NCBI GenBank assembly: GCA_040220235.1
Contig: JAVJTO010000096.1
Origin: Coleofasciculus sp. B1-GNL1-01
GTDB lineage: Bacteria; Cyanobacteriota; Cyanobacteriia; Cyanobacteriales; Coleofasciculaceae
DNA: 64,000 bases
Strand: one strand, 5' to 3'
Each line of letters opens with the position of its first letter. The stretch's first letter is position 1. Position numbers and translations under genes: made by a program. Below, piece after piece: positions 8,261 to 18,673 of this stretch. The notes under the pieces are model-generated. The model did not search any database. It saw only the letters and a program-made list of their open reading frames with translations, and was not told where the DNA came from.

Positions 8261-11200
8261 ATGGCAACTCAAGTCGAAGAAAAAAGCATGGTTCCCACTA
8301 TCCTCATTGGGATTGGTGGCACCGGTGCCGAAATCGTCTCCCGAGTCCGACGCTTAGTTGCAGAAACCTACGGCAACTTAACCAACTTCCCCATCCTCAG
8401 CTTCCTGGTTATTGACACCGATAAAGACTATAAAATCAACAACCCCGACGCCGCTGGTTCCCCTTTAAAAGATAACGAAAAACACTGGGCAAGTGTCAGT
8501 GGTAAACAAGTCCGGGATATGGTGTCTAATATGGAAAACTATCCCTGGATTAATCGCTGGTTTCCTAGAGAATTAGAACGCAACATCACCTCATTAGAAG
8601 CCGGTGCCGGACAAATTCGTGCCTGTGGGCGATTTGCTTTATGGTGTAACTATCACGAGATTCGGGATAAATTTATCGCCGCCTGTCAACGGGTGAAAGG
8701 GCGGGAAAATTTTATGTTAGATCGCTATGGAATAAAAGTGAGTACCAATGCGATTAATGTCTTCATCACGGGGTCTTTATCCGGGGGAACGGGCAGTGGA
8801 ATGCTCATCGATATGGGCTATAGTATTCGCAAGTGGTTAGAGGGAGAAGGCAGTCCCCTCATTACCGCCATTGTCCCCATGCCGAATGCGTTTGTGGGAA
8901 TTAGTGTAGGCGATCGCGTTTTGGCAAATGGCTATGCGGCTTTAATGGAATTAAGTTATTTCTCCGACTACCGCACCGAATATGTTGCCCAATTTAGTAA
9001 TAGTTTAACCGATGAAATCCGCAGTCAACGCCCTCCCTTTGATTTCACCTATTTAGTCGGCACTAAAAACGGCGAAAGTGACTTTAAACTGGATCAATTG
9101 CGGGAAATGATTGCTCAGAACATTTTCCTAGATTTAACCTCAGATTTTGCCCCCCATAAACGCTCAATTCGCGACAATATTAAGGGGGCTTGGGCGCAGG
9201 CTGATCCGGGGGGACGAGGGTATCCCAAGAACTTTATGAGTTTTGGTTTGTCTACGATAGAAATTCCTATCGCTCAAATTAGAACATCTTTATCGAATCG
9301 TTTGGCAAAGGATTTAATTGGGTGGTGGTTGAATGAGTCGGTGCAATTACCGCCGCAATTGTTGGAATTGGTGCGAGGGGATATCCTGAAGCGGATGCGG
9401 TTAACTGAGGCGGAATTAATTGCTGATTTATCAGCGGCGGCAGATCGGTCTTATTTAGCCGTCATTTCTGAATGGGTCAATAGTATTCGTAATGAAATTG
9501 CCACCGATAACTGGCTGCAATGCACCCAGCAAGGGGTGAAGATGTTGGCGTCGGAAAAGGGGAAGATTCTGCGATTTGTCGATGGGTATCTCAAGCCAAA
9601 GGTTGATAATTATCGCACCGATCATTTTCGCGAAATTAGTCCCGATGAACGGTTACATGGGGACTTCCTGAAAAAGATGTACGATAACCGAGATCAATTG
9701 ATTAAACGGGGGCGGAAAGCCTTAGAGGATGAGTTTTATCAGATTCTAGAGAACCGCCGTCAAGGACCTAAATTTGCCGATGCTTTCTTAGCAACGGTGC
9801 GACAGATTTTTGAGGATGCCAGTGATAAGTTTCGCCGGGAACAGGATAAAATTTGGTCACCGAAGGAATCGGAACGCCAGCGACAATATGAAGCGGCGCT
9901 GCAAGATATTACTGAATTTAAGGATAAGTTTGGTGTGACCAAACAAGCCAAAATGGAGGAGTATTGTGAATCAGCCCTGATCGGGTTAGAAGGCTGTTTA
10001 ACGGCAACGATTCAGCGGAAGGCACGGGGTCTCGGATTGGAGGTAATTAGTCGGTTACAAGAACATTTAACGGTATTAGAGCGGCGATTCAACCGATGGA
10101 AGCAAAAGCTGATTCAGGCACGGGATTTGTATCAGGAAAAAGCGAATCGGCAGGCGGAGAGTGCGGATGCTTTAGTGATTAATGGGATTAAGTTGTATGA
10201 CCGACAGGAACTGAATGGATTATATCAGGATTTAATTGAGCAGTTGGCAGGGGCGTCGGAGGGGAGTCAAACGGCTTATGAGATAGGCATGAATGGGGTA
10301 TGTAGTACGGTATCAGAAGAAGTGCTGAATTTAGCCAGTCCCTTGTGGAAAGAAACCCGGATGGCAGATGAGGTAATGCGGTTATTTGATATTACCGAAA
10401 TCCCGGATGTGCAAGATGAGGATTTGCGGCAGATTATTTTGGATCGCAGTCAGGCGGTGGTGGCGAAAGCCCCGCAGAGTAGTAAATTGCAGCAAGACTT
10501 AGCCGCGTGCGATCGCCTGTTCAAGGTATTTAATGATGATGCGGAGATTGTGAATAATTTACGCATTGCTTATAACAAGTCTAAACCGTTAATTCTGCTT
10601 GCGCGATCGGTGTTAACCGGGAAAGATGCTGGATTTACCCCCGCAACGAATACGAATGTAGCGCTATTGGGTGGGCGGAATACCAGTGATCCAGCCGCAC
10701 AGAAAATTATCCCTAAATTAGAAGAATTTCTGGGAAATGAGGAATCGATGAAACCCTTGGGAGATTTAGAACGACATCGCCTGGTATTTGTCCAAGAAAC
10801 AGGCGGATTTTCCCTACGTTGTATTGATGGGATGAAAGAATTACGCCAATCCTATCAAGATTGGAAAGGGGAAAGTATTGTGGCGAAACGGGCGCAGTTA
10901 CGGGGAGAAAGTCGCGATTTACCGATTCCCGTACATCTGCAAAAAGAACCGCCGTTTTGGGATGTGTTTCCTGAAGATCCGGCTATTTTTAGTTTAGTGG
11001 TTCAAGCACGGGCGCTGGGGGTATTGCGTCAAGAGGAAAATCGCACGACAAAGGAAACGGTGATTCGCTATACTCGGCAAACGGCAATTGGTGCAGAATC
11101 GGTAGATATTGCTTCTAGTTGGGAAGAAGCGTCTCAGGTGTTGGAGGTGTTAGCTTGTCGCCCAGATAGGGAAGAGATTCAGCGTCAAGTGATGCAGAAG

Positions 11201-11560
11201 CTGAATGCAGCAGAAACGCCCAGACAAAAGCAAGCCATTTTTGGGCAATTGACACAGTATTTGGAACAACGGGCGTTGGAGTTGGATAAGCAGGGGGGAA
11301 AAGATAGTCCTGATTATAAGCGAGAGGCGCGGATTTTGTTGGATGTGATTGAGCGGTATAAATTGAAGGTAGAGAGTCAGTCTGTGTCGCCAGGGGTTGT
11401 GCAGCAGCCTCGGAGTGATGGGGGGAATGCGCCAACTCAGATTGAGGCGAAGAGTGTAACGCCGCAAGCCCATGTTTTCTGTACGAATTGTGGGACGAAG
11501 AATCCTAGTAATTCTAAGTTCTGTTTTAAGTGTGGCACTCAATTGGTTAAATTGAACTGA
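8261..11560 (+). CDS. Tubulin/FtsZ-like GTPase (Tubulin_2 / FtsZl1 type) with long helical/coiled-coil region and C-terminal zinc ribbon
   Basis: IGIGGTG, IDTD, GAGQIRACGR, GSLSGGTGSG (tubulin signature) and ANGYAALMEL motifs; C-terminal CTNCG...FCFKCG. Confidence 0.92.
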   Translation: MATQVEEKSMVPTILIGIGGTGAEIVSRVRRLVAETYGNLTNFPILSFLVIDTDKDYKINNPDAAGSPLKDNEKHWASVSGKQVRDMVSNMENYPWINRWFPRELERNITSLEAGAGQIRACGRFALWCNYHEIRDKFIAACQRVKGRENFMLDRYGIKVSTNAINVFITGSLSGGTGSGMLIDMGYSIRKWLEGEGSPLITAIVPMPNAFVGISVGDRVLANGYAALMELSYFSDYRTEYVAQFSNSLTDEIRSQRPPFDFTYLVGTKNGESDFKLDQLREMIAQNIFLDLTSDFAPHKRSIRDNIKGAWAQADPGGRGYPKNFMSFGLSTIEIPIAQIRTSLSNRLAKDLIGWWLNESVQLPPQLLELVRGDILKRMRLTEAELIADLSAAADRSYLAVISEWVNSIRNEIATDNWLQCTQQGVKMLASEKGKILRFVDGYLKPKVDNYRTDHFREISPDERLHGDFLKKMYDNRDQLIKRGRKALEDEFYQILENRRQGPKFADAFLATVRQIFEDASDKFRREQDKIWSPKESERQRQYEAALQDITEFKDKFGVTKQAKMEEYCESALIGLEGCLTATIQRKARGLGLEVISRLQEHLTVLERRFNRWKQKLIQARDLYQEKANRQAESADALVINGIKLYDRQELNGLYQDLIEQLAGASEGSQTAYEIGMNGVCSTVSEEVLNLASPLWKETRMADEVMRLFDITEIPDVQDEDLRQIILDRSQAVVAKAPQSSKLQQDLAACDRLFKVFNDDAEIVNNLRIAYNKSKPLILLARSVLTGKDAGFTPATNTNVALLGGRNTSDPAAQKIIPKLEEFLGNEESMKPLGDLERHRLVFVQETGGFSLRCIDGMKELRQSYQDWKGESIVAKRAQLRGESRDLPIPVHLQKEPPFWDVFPEDPAIFSLVVQARALGVLRQEENRTTKETVIRYTRQTAIGAESVDIASSWEEASQVLEVLACRPDREEIQRQVMQKLNAAETPRQKQAIFGQLTQYLEQRALELDKQGGKDSPDYKREARILLDVIERYKLKVESQSVSPGVVQQPRSDGGNAPTQIEAKSVTPQAHVFCTNCGTKNPSNSKFCFKCGTQLVKLN

Positions 11561-11630
11561 AGGGTGTGATAACTTTAACTGATATGTTGTATTCGTAATT
11601 CTACGAACTACCGAAATACCTATACCGGTT

Positions 11631-11663
11631 ACTGACTTATAACTGAATTGTAACTGAATTATG
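11631..11663 (+). promoter_or_regulatory. Three tandem 11-bp direct repeats (candidate operator)
   Basis: ACTGACTTATA-ACTGAATTGTA-ACTGAATTATG upstream of the COP23-trypsin gene. The identical first 11-mer occurs on the minus strand at 17581-17591 and 19280-19290. Confidence 0.6.
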
Positions 11664-11786
11664 TATATAGCCTAAGAAATAAGGATATGATCTGATTAGC
11701 TTGCCAATAATGGTTCAGCAAAATCTAATTGCGATTTTATTTTTTGGGTCAATCAAGTATTTGGCAGTATTTTGAGCGGAGTAACT

Positions 11787-13028
11787 ATGAAAATTTGGTC
11801 GTTATTATTAGGTACTGTCGCCGTGACTCTGGGTGTTACTACATCGATGAATTTGTCTAGTCATGCCCAAGAGCGAGCGCCTACAACGTTCTACTGTGGT
11901 AGTCATAATGGTCAGCCAGCAACAATCGCTCGGCATGCGACACGGGGAGAAGTAGTCTTGATTATCTGGAGTAGCAGTTATTTTTCTAATTATGGCTATC
12001 CTCCTCAACGGCGCTGTGAAGAAGTTTCCCACAGGTTTCAACAAAATCATCAAAGTGGAGTATTAAACTATATTTCTTCTGGTAGATATAAGGGTTTTCC
12101 TGCACTATGCGCTTCTCGTAGTATCTCTGATAGGGTTGTTCAATGTCCTGCTGAAAGAGTTTTAGTAACCCTAAGACCCGGAGAAGATCCTCAGGAGGTG
12201 ATTTCGCAATTGGCTAATATAAATACTGGCAGTTCAACTTCTCCATTGATCTTTTATGAAGATCACATTCAACAATCAGGAAACCACTATATTGCAATTG
12301 ATGTTGGTGTGTGGATCAGATTCGCCCAATATTCAAGAAATTCTTCAGAATACATAAACTCTATTTCATGTAACTATTCTTTATCTAGACCCTGCCAAGA
12401 TGAATCTAATAGACCTGATGTGCAAAAACTAGCTACAAGCTTCACAGTTATCATTGTCAGTTATAAAAGTGTGCTGGAAAATGAAAATAGAACAGTTATT
12501 GTTGGTTCTGGAGCAATCATTGCTCAACAAGGAGACACTTATTATGTGCTGACCAGTGAACAAGTGGTCAACAATATAGCTGACTATGAAATTTTTACTC
12601 CTGATAAAAAAAACTATCCTGTCATATCTATTGAAAGACTATCTAACTCTGATTTAGCTATTTTAGAGTTTAAGAGTGAAAGAATCTATCAAGTTGCGGC
12701 AATTGGTGATACTAGTCGCTTGACTGGAGGAAATGCTGTGTATATTAGTGGTGACTTATATTTAGACGAAACACAAATATATCAGCTAGCTGAGGGACAA
12801 CTTACTGATACGGCAATTCCTGCTGATACGGCAATTTCTAGCCATAGAGCGCGTCTAGATTATACTAACGTTACCACAAGACCGATGAGAGGTGGACCAG
12901 TATTGGATGATAAAGGTGATCTAGTTGGAATTCACTTGAATGCTGGTTCTGGTATTCCAATAGACGTTTTTTTACAAGCAGCACCATCAGAGTTATTGAA
13001 CATTATGTACAAGAATGATTATCCTTGA
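11787..13028 (+). CDS. Secreted COP23-domain / trypsin-like fusion, probably catalytically inactive
   Basis: Signal peptide ending SHAQ; COP23-like FYCG...PATIAR...IIWSS.YF...GYPPQRRCEEVSHRFQ. The trypsin-like domain has VLTSEQVV (His lost), SDLAIL (Asp kept) and PMRGGPVLD (Ser lost). Confidence 0.8.
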   Translation: MKIWSLLLGTVAVTLGVTTSMNLSSHAQERAPTTFYCGSHNGQPATIARHATRGEVVLIIWSSSYFSNYGYPPQRRCEEVSHRFQQNHQSGVLNYISSGRYKGFPALCASRSISDRVVQCPAERVLVTLRPGEDPQEVISQLANINTGSSTSPLIFYEDHIQQSGNHYIAIDVGVWIRFAQYSRNSSEYINSISCNYSLSRPCQDESNRPDVQKLATSFTVIIVSYKSVLENENRTVIVGSGAIIAQQGDTYYVLTSEQVVNNIADYEIFTPDKKNYPVISIERLSNSDLAILEFKSERIYQVAAIGDTSRLTGGNAVYISGDLYLDETQIYQLAEGQLTDTAIPADTAISSHRARLDYTNVTTRPMRGGPVLDDKGDLVGIHLNAGSGIPIDVFLQAAPSELLNIMYKNDYP

Positions 13029-13072
13029 TAATTGACAAAGCTTAAGCCTTTAATATATTGAGAGATAAAAAA

Positions 13073-16000
13073 CTATCTATCCAAGCAGATATTGAATTCT
13101 TTTCTAATTTGAGGATGAGTAACTAGGTAATTTTCTAACCAGTCGCATCCTTGATTTAGCAATGCATCTAAGTCGTCCAGATCTGGAGTTTTTTCTCCTA
13201 ATAGTTGTTTAAACGACGGCTTAGATAACTGCCATAGTCTGACTACACCATCTTCTCCGGCGGTAGCGAGTCTCTGTCCATCCGGACTAAAACTTGAACT
13301 ATACACCTTGCCTTCATGACCAAATAATCCAAGAGGAAATCGGCTAGATTGAGTAGTTTCCCAGAGCCATACTGTACCATCCTCACCAGCAGTGGTAAGA
13401 ATAGGGCGAGAAGGGTCAAAGCTAAGGTGATTTATTCCAGATTGACGGCTATCAAAGTCTTCTACCTTCTGTTCTGCTACATTCCAAATTCGGACTTGGC
13501 TATTCTTACCTGCCATAGCAATCTGCTTTCCGTCAGCGCTAAAAATGATACTTGTAAGGATACTACTGCTACCCCTTGCTTCCACTTTCTGTTGTCCTTC
13601 TAGTGTCCAGAGTTGAAAAATGCCATCCTCTCCACCCGTGGCAATCAACTCTCCATCCGGACTAAAATTTACAGTTGTTACCGCATTTTGAGAAACTTGC
13701 CATTGAGCTTTAAGTTGCCCTATCAAGTTCCAAATCTTAACTGTACCATCCTTGCCACTCGTCGCAAAAAGTTGTCCATTTGGGCTAACACTAAAACTGG
13801 TAACGCCACCGGAATTAACTTGCCATTGAGTTTGTTGCTGTCCAGCTAAGTTCCAAATCCGCACAGTACCATCCTCACCCGCACTAGCTAGATGTTTTGC
13901 AGCAGTTATAAATTGCACACTACTCACACCACCAGAATGCGCTTGCCATTGAGTTTGTTGCTGTCCAGCTAAGTTCCAAATCCGCACAGTACCATCCTCA
14001 CCAGCACTAGCTAGATACTCTCCATCAGGACTAAAACTTACACTCATTACCCTACCTTGATGACCCTTCAATTGATTCTGCTCGTGAATACTATCCAAAA
14101 TGACCTGTAAGTGCAACGAAGTTCTAGCTACTAGCTTGCTAGTGCTAGAATCAGGAGTACCATGTTCGGCAAATTTCTTGACCTTTTGTCCAGCCTGCAT
14201 TATCAATAGCAGGGCTTCTATCTCTTTGAACTCTCTTTTGTCAACAGCTTTCTGTATTAATTCCTCAACCAAAAGCTTAGAGCGAGCATTGAATGCTTCT
14301 GTTTCAGCAACCTCGGCTCTCTGAGTTGCTAGTTGAACTTGCTGCTCGGCTCTGTCCAGTTCAATCGCTTTTTGCTGTGCCTGCTGAGTTACATTTTTTA
14401 AGGTTTTCCTTGCCGTGGTTAATTGTTGATTGGCTTCTTGAGCTTTCCTTTCAGCTTCTTGGCGTTCTTCCTTAGTCAATTGAACTTTTTGATTAACTTC
14501 TTTAAGTTGAGTTTCAACCGCTGTTAAGTGTTGGCTAGACTTTTGAGCCTTCCGTTCAGCTTCTTGGCGTTTATCTTCAGCTAATTTAACACTTTTATAA
14601 ACTACTTTTAATTGAGTTTTGGCATCCTTTAATTGGTTATTTGCTCTTTCAGTTTCCTGTTCTGCTTGTTCCCATTTATCCTCAGCGACTTGCGCTTTTT
14701 GACTAACATCTTTTAGTTTTGTTGTCGCACCCGCTAGTTGGTGAGTTTTCCTCCCCGCATATAAACTAGCAGTTACGGCAGCAATTAAGGATATTAACAG
14801 CACAATTGAACCGATACGAATGCTTCTATTCGCTCTTCGTTGAGCCGCATATAATACTCGATTAGCTTTTTCTACACTCTCTAATTCCTGTCTAACTCTT
14901 TCTGCTTCTAAAGCCTTCTGACTTTCTTGCCGATCTAATTCTTGACTAGCATCTAAGAACCGATAATCTTGAGGCATTAAATTTTTGTCGGCTGCCCAAG
15001 CTTTGGCATCTTGTAAAGCCTTGCCACGCAATAACCGTGACTCATCCTGACCATGAGAATCTAGCCAATATTTCAGCGCCTCTGCATAAGGACGCAACTC
15101 CGACAACTCTTTAGCACTCCAAGCCCAATCAAAGACTAAACCATAGAGGCGGTTGTAAACTCTCAAACTGCCTTCTAGCTTCACCACCAACCCAGACAAA
15201 CGCAGTTCCATTTGTTCGAGGCTGTCATCAGCAATAATTTCTCCCTGCTGCAAAATTTCCTGGTAAAGCCCCAACAATCGACCCTTACGCCGTTCATTCC
15301 ACAGCAGGCGATCGCGAATTGTCCGCAAATGCTCTGGATTGTCCCGCGATTCCCAGTTCTTGATCAAGTGCGATCGCACTAATCTCTCTACTGCCTCTGC
15401 TTCCTTGCCAACCGCAATAAATGACCCCGAAGTAGCAACGATTTGGCAAAGCTTTTGAGTCAGAAATGGCTGACCCCCCGTCCAATCTAACACCACAGCT
15501 AACACCGCCTGGGGATCATGACTAATCTCAGCTAATCCCTTGGCTAACGGTTGTGCTTCCTGCAATTGAAAGCCATAGAGTTCAACGGCTCGTCCAATAT
15601 TAAACGGGGTGCGCTTTTTATCTTCAATAAAATCAGAAGGCGTCGCCACTCCCAGTAATGCAAAAGTCAAGCGTTTATAAGCAGGCTTATCTACCCGTTG
15701 GTTGTAGAATGCTCGGATCAGGGCAAAAAAATCATCGGTCAAGAAATTTAAACTGAGAACATGATCAATTTCATCGATGAAAATTACAATATTTTCCGCT
15801 ATCTCGACCAGCAGCACTTCCTCAATAAACTCTCGAAAACGCTGCACAGGTGATAGACAATTACGCTCTTGCCACCAAGTTCTGCGATTAACTTTTCCCG
15901 ATAAATCGAACTCGCTGACTAAATCGTAGAACAATCCCATATACCAACTGGCTAGGGTATTCTTGTCACTACCAATCAGTGTCAAATCGAGAGCAGCACA

Positions 16001-16210
16001 GCGAATACCCTCAGCTTCCAGCCGTTGCATCGTTTGCAATCGCAAGCTGGACTTCCCCATCTGTCGCGAGTTCAGCACATAGCAAAAGTTTCCAGCCTTC
16101 AGCCCTTGATACAGGTTTTGATCTGCCTGTCGCGTGACATAACTTGGTGCGTCCGCTTCCAAGCTTCCGCCAACTTGATATCGGTAGGTTGAACCTTGCA
16201 CTGTACTCAT
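13073..16210 (-). CDS. AAA_35-type NTPase - TM helix - coiled coil - WD40 beta-propeller protein
   Basis: YQVGGSL...YVTRQAD, Walker A-like NSRQMGKS, Walker [21 protein letters not shown]; hydrophobic [16 protein letters not shown]; about 7 WD40 repeats ([18 protein letters not shown]). Confidence 0.9.
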   Translation of the reverse strand: MSTVQGSTYRYQVGGSLEADAPSYVTRQADQNLYQGLKAGNFCYVLNSRQMGKSSLRLQTMQRLEAEGIRCAALDLTLIGSDKNTLASWYMGLFYDLVSEFDLSGKVNRRTWWQERNCLSPVQRFREFIEEVLLVEIAENIVIFIDEIDHVLSLNFLTDDFFALIRAFYNQRVDKPAYKRLTFALLGVATPSDFIEDKKRTPFNIGRAVELYGFQLQEAQPLAKGLAEISHDPQAVLAVVLDWTGGQPFLTQKLCQIVATSGSFIAVGKEAEAVERLVRSHLIKNWESRDNPEHLRTIRDRLLWNERRKGRLLGLYQEILQQGEIIADDSLEQMELRLSGLVVKLEGSLRVYNRLYGLVFDWAWSAKELSELRPYAEALKYWLDSHGQDESRLLRGKALQDAKAWAADKNLMPQDYRFLDASQELDRQESQKALEAERVRQELESVEKANRVLYAAQRRANRSIRIGSIVLLISLIAAVTASLYAGRKTHQLAGATTKLKDVSQKAQVAEDKWEQAEQETERANNQLKDAKTQLKVVYKSVKLAEDKRQEAERKAQKSSQHLTAVETQLKEVNQKVQLTKEERQEAERKAQEANQQLTTARKTLKNVTQQAQQKAIELDRAEQQVQLATQRAEVAETEAFNARSKLLVEELIQKAVDKREFKEIEALLLIMQAGQKVKKFAEHGTPDSSTSKLVARTSLHLQVILDSIHEQNQLKGHQGRVMSVSFSPDGEYLASAGEDGTVRIWNLAGQQQTQWQAHSGGVSSVQFITAAKHLASAGEDGTVRIWNLAGQQQTQWQVNSGGVTSFSVSPNGQLFATSGKDGTVKIWNLIGQLKAQWQVSQNAVTTVNFSPDGELIATGGEDGIFQLWTLEGQQKVEARGSSSILTSIIFSADGKQIAMAGKNSQVRIWNVAEQKVEDFDSRQSGINHLSFDPSRPILTTAGEDGTVWLWETTQSSRFPLGLFGHEGKVYSSSFSPDGQRLATAGEDGVVRLWQLSKPSFKQLLGEKTPDLDDLDALLNQGCDWLENYLVTHPQIRKEFNICLDR

Positions 16211-16219
16211 TTTCAACGC

Positions 16220-17503
16220 TTAATTCCCTAGGCGATCGCGCAAATAATTACTATACAAATGATAGCGAGGTTTGACCTCATTTCCCTCTAACTGCACCAG
16301 ACCCAAACTTTGTAATTGAAAAGCTAGCATGGATTCTAATTGCACCGGATGTGTTGACTCGACTACTATTTTCATTGCCATTGCCAGTTCTGGATGCTCC
16401 TGCAAATTGCCCAAATGTCCCCGCAAATGATTAGCGTAAATTCCCGCTTCCGTACAAGCCTTTTGCAGCAGTTCCTCCAGGGTGATTTCGGAGCGAGTCA
16501 GGTGATAGATTGCCCTCTGTACGAGATAAGGATGTCCTCCCACCAACGACATTAGCTGATCCACTTGTGAACCCTGCCAATCCAATCCTTGTCGCTGTGC
16601 CAAATCCTGTACTTGTTCCCGGTTAAACTCCGGTAATTCTATGGACTCACCAACATTAAACGGCGACTGATGAATATTTAGCTCAATATACACTTCCGTG
16701 GAATGGGCAACAACCAACCGCAGTTTTTTCCAAAGCTTACTTCTCTTTCCTTTCTCATACCAAGCTCGCAGCATCGCCAAAAAGTTCCCAGCAATTGCAG
16801 AATAAGGAAAAATACGATCCACGTCATCTAACGCTAAGACCAAGGGATGCTCTAATTGACTGAGCAAATATTCCTCAAAATAAATTGTACAGCTCTGGCT
16901 GCTACCTAACTCGTCTACCCAATAATCAGTCAATTGATCTCGTAGTCTCAACTCGCGCCCCACGACACCACAGAACCAGCGCAGGAATTTATCCAGACTG
17001 CTTAAGACCGACCCATCGGCTAGCAGTAAACTTAAATTCACAGTTCGATACTTTTGTTTAGTTGCTTGAGCCAGAATCCTATCAATCAGCCAGGTTTTGC
17101 CCATTCGCTTCGGTGCTTTGATCCGCAGCAGGGAACCCGGTTGCAAGATTGTCTCATTGCAGCGAGATTCGATAGGAGGTCGCTCCATATACTCAGAGAC
17201 GGCTGTTCCTGTTTCCTCCCCAGAACAATCAACCGTAGCCAATTCCAACGCCTCTGCTGAAAATGCGCGATCGCTGCGTTCGTCTTCAAGATCAGCGATT
17301 TCCTTCAACTCTAATCCCAATCTTTCGCAAATTTCATAAAACGTCGCATAATCAACACGTCTACCATTGAGGAAACTACTCACTGTGGACAAAGCAAGCT
17401 GTAACTCCTCGGCTAGGTCTCTCTGGCGGAAAAAACCATTATGCTTAACTGCTCGTTTGACCCGTTCGATATACTGGGGGGAAATTCTTAGCGATCGCGA
17501 CAT
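16220..17503 (-). CDS. HTH (XRE-like) - AAA_35-type NTPase
   Basis: N-terminal QRDLAEELQLALSTVSSFLNG HTH; KAPKRMGKT, LALDDVD, HQSPFNVG and VGGHPYLV motifs. Start ATG17503; the ORF track starts at 17530. Confidence 0.9.
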   Translation of the reverse strand: MSRSLRISPQYIERVKRAVKHNGFFRQRDLAEELQLALSTVSSFLNGRRVDYATFYEICERLGLELKEIADLEDERSDRAFSAEALELATVDCSGEETGTAVSEYMERPPIESRCNETILQPGSLLRIKAPKRMGKTWLIDRILAQATKQKYRTVNLSLLLADGSVLSSLDKFLRWFCGVVGRELRLRDQLTDYWVDELGSSQSCTIYFEEYLLSQLEHPLVLALDDVDRIFPYSAIAGNFLAMLRAWYEKGKRSKLWKKLRLVVAHSTEVYIELNIHQSPFNVGESIELPEFNREQVQDLAQRQGLDWQGSQVDQLMSLVGGHPYLVQRAIYHLTRSEITLEELLQKACTEAGIYANHLRGHLGNLQEHPELAMAMKIVVESTHPVQLESMLAFQLQSLGLVQLEGNEVKPRYHLYSNYLRDRLGN

Positions 17504-17619
17504 GACTAATCCTTGAATGAAGCTAATCACATCATAATCTGCTTGATCATGACCTCAAGGGAACTGAGTCAGAAGTCGGTTATAAGTCAGTCATGAGTGT
17601 ATAGCTTATTGGTGGATTA
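17405..17619. repeat. Copy 1 of an approximately 215-bp direct repeat (5' end and upstream region of the HTH-AAA_35 gene)
   Basis: Aligns base for base, with scattered substitutions, to 19104-19318. Confidence 0.9.
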
Positions 17620-17686
17620 GAATTGTAGGGGCGCTAATGGTTTCTAGTTTAGTTACCAATGAAACCCAAGGCAATAAACAGTAGTC

Positions 17687-17878
17687 TTACTTGCGTTCCT
17701 TCTGTTGCCCAATAACTTTAATCAGTAGGGCGATGGAGCGAATTAGGACAGCGATCGCGAAGATGGTTTCAGGTACACTGCCTACTGGAACCTGTAGCGG
17801 TAGATTTGGCTCGACATGAGTTGGTACAGCAATGAGTGGTTCACCAGTGTGGATAATTTGATGTGCTTCACCTTGCAT
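17687..17878 (-). CDS. Small protein with a C-terminal hydrophobic helix
   Basis: 63 aa; AGGA RBS upstream of the ATG; TIFAIAVLIRSIALLIKVI followed by a basic tail; directly upstream of the AAA_35 pair. Confidence 0.55.
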   Translation of the reverse strand: MQGEAHQIIHTGEPLIAVPTHVEPNLPLQVPVGSVPETIFAIAVLIRSIALLIKVIGQQKERK

Positions 17879-18143
17879 GGTGTTTTTCCTAACTCTACAG
17901 TCTCATCCTCTAAAACCGCTTATTGAGGTCGAAACTGAGCAATGCTTGACTTGATAACTGAGTTCGTGACTGACTTACACCCTCAACCCTAATCGCTGCG
18001 TTAAACTGAAGTTCCCCTAGCAGTAGACACATCGATTAGGACTTTCAGCGCCATTGATTGTAGAGACGCGCCATGGCTTTCAGCAATCAGGTTTGGCATT
18101 TCGTTTCCCAGAGTGACAATAGAGCGATAAGTCCCGTAGTCCT

Positions 18144-18368
18144 TTATGCCGCATAGCGGATAATTTCTACCTCAGCTCCATTATTCACAGCCATCTCCGC
18201 CCGTTGAAGTACCTGCTCGGTAATCAAATCACTCAGATAATACTCACCACAATTATCACAAACCTCTGCTGGTACCCGTTTGATAATCACAATACTTTCG
18301 TCTCGTTCGAGAGTCACAGTCACTAAACCAGCTTGTGTTTCGCCATGCTGACAGATTACACACCTCAT
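18144..18368 (-). CDS. YgiT-type zinc-finger protein (MqsA-like antitoxin)
   Basis: MRCVIC...VPAEVCDNCGEYY motif. Confidence 0.9.
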   Translation of the reverse strand: MRCVICQHGETQAGLVTVTLERDESIVIIKRVPAEVCDNCGEYYLSDLITEQVLQRAEMAVNNGAEVEIIRYAA

Positions 18369-18372
18369 GCTT

Positions 18373-18652
18373 TTATCTCCGAGTTCTAAAATTATTTGTC
18401 CACAAATTGGGATCGGGGCGATAAGCCGTCACCACATATCCTGTATCCATAGATTCATTATGAAAATACAACATGAATGGGTTGACCTTCGACAAAATCT
18501 AATAACAGATAACTAGGAAACGGCTTATCATATAGATTTTATTCGATCACTTCCCCATAAGCAACAACAGTTTGTACATCAGCTTTACTAATTCGGCGTA
18601 GAAACATCTGTTGGATAGCATGACGTGAAAAAACTAGATTTTGACAATCCAT
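18373..18652 (-). pseudogene. DUF4258-family toxin pseudogene
   Basis: Manual translation: MDCQNLVFSRHAIQQMFLRRISKADV..VVAYGEVIE*..DKPFPSYLLL...PIHVVF, then a frameshift into VVTAYRPDPNLWTNNFRTRR*. Confidence 0.85.
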
Positions 18653-18673
18653 AAGTTATGGCTTACAAAATAA

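Noticed and set aside
8261..11560. Calling the tubulin-like gene ftsZ, tubZ or phuZ
   Set aside because: The 1099-aa length, domain layout and vWA context differ, and there are no dcw-cluster, plasmid-partition or phage genes nearby.
13073..17503. Calling the AAA_35 pair a known anti-phage Avs/NACHT system
   Set aside because: No nuclease, TIR or SIR2 effector domain is visible, and the HTH plus TM-WD40 layout fits regulation better. A defence role cannot be excluded.
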